Source of the DNA: Caecitellus pseudoparvulus
Taxonomy: Eukaryota; Protista; Bigyra: Bicosoecida
Reading direction: 5' to 3'
Assembly: GCA_965644315.1 (NCBI GenBank)
Contig: CBFFRQ010000024.1
Coordinates: 1 to 64,000 of the forward strand
DNA: 64,000 nt
Under the pieces are notes generated by a model. It saw only the letters and a list, made by a program, of their open reading frames with translations, did not search any database and was not told the DNA's origin. Position numbers and translations under genes: made by a program. Below are positions 60,607 to 64,000 of the stretch, piece after piece (position 1 is the stretch's first letter; every line of letters starts with the position of its first letter).

Positions 60607-60695
60607 GGGGTGAACAGCCCCCCGCCCCGCCATGCACTTGACGCTATGCACCTCACCCTGTCAATTCACATGCATTTGCGGCGCCCATGCCGGTG

Positions 60696-63600
60696 TCACT
60701 CCACCTTGGCCTTGCCGGCGCGGCGTCCACCCCCACGCGCACTCCGCTTGGCAGCGGGCTGGGGGGAGCGGCTTGTTCGGGCACCCGGGCGCTGCCTGGG
60801 GCCGCCTTTCTCCACTGCGTGGCGGGCTTCCTGCTGTGCTTGCCATGCCTCGCGCTCTGCGGCCTGTTGCGCCTGCTCAGGGGTGGCGGTGGGGGGGGGG
60901 TCCGGGCAGCAGGCATCCCGGATACGGGGCACCAGGGTCACTGCGGCGAAGCACCCTGCGAACTGTGCGCCGATAAACAGCAACAGGATGCCGCCCAGGA
61001 ACACAGCCATGAACACCGCGCCGGCCCTGGCGGAGTTGTTCGAGATCCACACGTCCACGGCCGCAGCCAGGCGACGGCGGGTGAGCCCCTCACCACTGTC
61101 GCCGCCTGCTTGCTCTGCACATGGCAGCACTGCACTCGCGTTGGCGGGTGGCGGCGGACGAGGCAGCGCCTGCTGCAGTGCCGTGAGGAGGTCCCACACT
61201 GACGCCTGCTGTGCCACGCCCTGCAGCCCTGCACGGTGCAGGTCAAAGAAGCCACAGCTCGTGTGGCCTGGGTCAGTGTTGGGGCGGCCGGAAGCTAGAG
61301 CGATGAAGTCCAGGGGGGCGGCGGGCCGTCCACGTGCTTCGTGCAGCCACGGCAGTGCCTGCGCCAGGGTGGCCCCCTGCTCGGTGGAGCCTGGGGGGAG
61401 GCTGGCATCGGACAGCAGTTCCCGCAGGGGCGCGTAATACGCGTGCAGCCACTGCACATCCCCCTCTGGCACCAGCCGCGCACGCAGCGAAAAGTGGTGC
61501 AACGGCGCCAGCACTGCGCTGAACACCGCCACGACTGGGTCCACGAAGACCCGCACACCCCACGCCCAAGCCACATGGGCGCTCTGCTGCAAGGACAGCA
61601 GGGCAGCTGCCACTGGCGCCGGCGAAGGCGGTGACGGCAGTGCCCAATCCCCGAACGTCGACCCCACCATGACACTGTCGTAGCACGTGCGGGGGCAGGG
61701 CACGCCGCTGAGGGGGTGTCCCGTCGGCAACGCCCCGTCCACGTCGCAGTGCGACGTGCTGCACGCTGCAGCACGAGGCATGTACACGGGCGCCCACTCA
61801 CTATGCTTGAGGGTGGGTGGCGTGGCAGCAGAGACGCCGGTGGAGCGAGCCGGGACACACCAGTCCATGCGCAGGACCTCCCCAGCAAGACCCGGGTGCA
61901 AGCCGGCTTGCAGGGCGGCATCCAGGCCCACCTTGACATTGGGCCGTGCCGCCAGCCCCGGAGCCGCGATGCCGCGGGCCACGAGGCAGAGGCCTGACGT
62001 GGCAGGTGCGGCACCGGCGTGCACAGGGCGAGGCGCACCCCCCCCTGCCAGGTGCTCCAACCCCCCCAATCGCAGGATGTCCCGAGCCCCCTGCACTGTG
62101 CGGGCAGCGGCGGCAGCCAAGGCCACAGCGGGTGCCACGGGGGGCGCGACACCGCCCCCCGTCAAGGACTGCAGCGCAGAGAACAGGGATGACGTGGACA
62201 GTGCCCCATCAGCGGCAGCAGCAGTCACGGCCCCCTCCAGGGCTGCCGCAGCCTTGGAGGCCTTCTTCGACGCCGTGTCGCGGACGCCAGAGCTCTGCAG
62301 GAGCCCGCCGCCCCGAGCCTGGGCGGCCTGGGCGCGCTGCTGCGTTTCAGCACGCTGCAGGTCGGCGCTGTGGCGAGACAGCGCGAGGGGGGCCCCCCGG
62401 TCCACAATGGTGAGCAGTCCAAACTGCCCCTGGCCGGCCACGGCGCCATAGGCGTATGGACCCCCCTTGGTGGAGGGGGGGCTGTCCAGGGGGGATGCGT
62501 GGAGCACTGGGATGCCGCCGGGTGAGTACCGGCCATCGTCCGCCGCCAGCATGTGCGCGTCACCCGACAGGATGAGCACTTTGTGCCGCAGGTCATGGGT
62601 GGCCAGGAAGCCCAGCAACTCACCCCGCTCTTCCTCGAACCAGCCCCACTTGCGCCCCCCGATGATCCACGGGAACTCCACCACCCACACCACCAACACG
62701 TGGGACTCCGCTGCTGCCAGCATCTCGGCCTTTAGCCATGCCAGCTGTGTGTCCCCCAGCAGCACGCCACTGGGCCCACGCACACTGTTGCGCTGGCTGC
62801 GCAAGTCGCTCAAAATGAAACGCACCCTGCCGATGGTGAACGCCTGGTACGTGGCCCGGCCGTCGTGCGGCAGGCCGGTAGCCGCATCTGCACCGTCCAC
62901 CAAGCCAGGGGAGCCGGCAGTGCCGCCCTGTGACAGGGGCGTGTCTGCAGGCAGGGGGTAGTGAGGCACGAACTGCCTGAAAGTGGCCGCTGCCACCCCA
63001 GCACCGGCGTGCTCCCCATTCGAATTGTTGTCCCCGAAGTCGTGGTCGGACCACGTGTACGCGGTGGGCACGTGCCGGAACAGTGCAGACTGGGTGGGAG
63101 ATGTCAGAGTGGACGTCATGGCCTGCGCATAGCCTTCCTCGTCTGCCTCTTGGAAATCTCTGCGCCACAGGAGCAGCGGCGGCGAAAGCGTGCCGGAGTG
63201 CAGCACAGGGCAGGTGCTCCATACCCACGCACCCGTAGTGCAGGTCGCCCATGTGAATGAACATGAGCGGCTCAGAGTGCAGGATGGAAGTGAACACGCT
63301 CGCCTCACTGCCAGTCCTCGCGCAGCTGGAATAGGCGATGGTGAAGTTGAATGCAGCACCCTCGGGTGCCGGCGTGCGGAAAGCACCTCGCAAGGCGCTC
63401 GCCGGCAAGCCAGCCGCTGCCGAACAGGGACAGCTTTCCCCCTCCGCAGACGGGCATGGCTCAGACAGCTCCAACTCGTACACATACTGCGCAAGTGGGC
63501 AGCGAAAACCAGTGGTGTGCCCGTGCAGGCGCTTCACACGCTGCGGAGTGCCAACGCCTGCGGAAACTGGTCACCCGCAAAAACGCACATGCGTCAATGG

Positions 63601-63897
63601 GCGCAGCCCGCGCAGCTGCACCTTCACAGCCGACTCCAATGGAGTGCTGGCGATGGCATCTGTCACATCCAGTACTTCACGTGCAGTCGTCGTGATGGGG
63701 CCGTACCGAACAGCTGCAGTGCAGCGCGGAAAGTACAGAGGAGCCAAGCTGAGCGAGACACTGTCACTCTGCAGCGCCCCCAGCCACATCCAAGGGCGCT
63801 GGGATGCCACAGCAGTGCTCAGCAATGGTGCAAGTGCCACTACCAGCAAGCACCTGGTCCACCCTAGGCAGGGGCGTCCCTGTGTGGTGGTCGCCAT
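60696..63897 (-). CDS. phoD: PhoD-family alkaline phosphatase/phosphodiesterase with signal peptide, long C-terminal extension and TM anchor
   Basis: FTIAYSSCA, FIHMGDLHYG, YTWSDHDFGDNN, FRQFVPHY, YQAFTIGRVRFILSDLRSQR, LLGDTQLAWLK, ILSGDAH. TM AVFMAVFLGGILLLFIG. Intron 63487-63588 plus a second near 63160-63230. Confidence 0.88.
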
Positions 63898-64000
63898 GCC
63901 AGCCGAAGCCTTTGAGCCGACGCCCAGCAGCACAGCGGTGACAGCAAGCCTGCAGTCCCTGACAATCCAGTCAGGGGTGCCAAAGCCGAGCCGATGCACT

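Noticed and set aside
1-64000. tRNA, rRNA, CRISPR arrays, transposons, telomeric repeats, alternative genetic code
   Set aside because: I saw no cloverleaf/T-loop, rRNA signature, spaced direct repeats, transposase/RT motifs or terminal repeats. Clean conserved genes translate with the standard code and end at TGA or TAG.

Overview
This window is gene-dense, GC-rich (roughly 65%) nuclear DNA from a unicellular eukaryote. It is probably a flagellated, bacterivorous protist, and a stramenopile affinity is my inference only. It holds about 26 protein genes with short canonical GT-AG introns (mostly 65-120 nt) and very short intergenic spacers. Recognisable genes are a GT61-like glycosyltransferase, a CDKL kinase, an EF-hand/RDD fusion, LSm5, an L-type lectin, DUF707, a chimeric secreted LTD/ELWxxDGT/FG-GAP/TNFR-like/LRR protein, CAND1, FAM135, a Vip1/BPA1-like RRM protein, an LRR/FAM194-like protein, two tandem tweety-like genes, SAM-kinesin-13, OST48, CPSF30 with YTH and DCD domains, mRNA guanylyltransferase, EMG1, a PG-binding L,D-transpeptidase-like protein and PhoD. 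The first ~18 kb has many indels and substitutions in conserved genes, most likely from a noisy long-read consensus. The most interesting signal is the hexamer AATGCA. It sits on the sense strand within ~170 nt downstream of the stop codon of about 15 of ~22 assessable genes, AATAAA is absent from those flanks, and copies inside CDSs are almost all antisense. AAUGCA differs from AAUAAA only at positions 4-5, the bases read by CPSF30 zinc finger 3, and that finger is the divergent one in the CPSF30 gene in this window. Together these suggest a candidate re-coded polyadenylation signal and its reader. I could not support any tRNA, rRNA, CRISPR array or mobile element.
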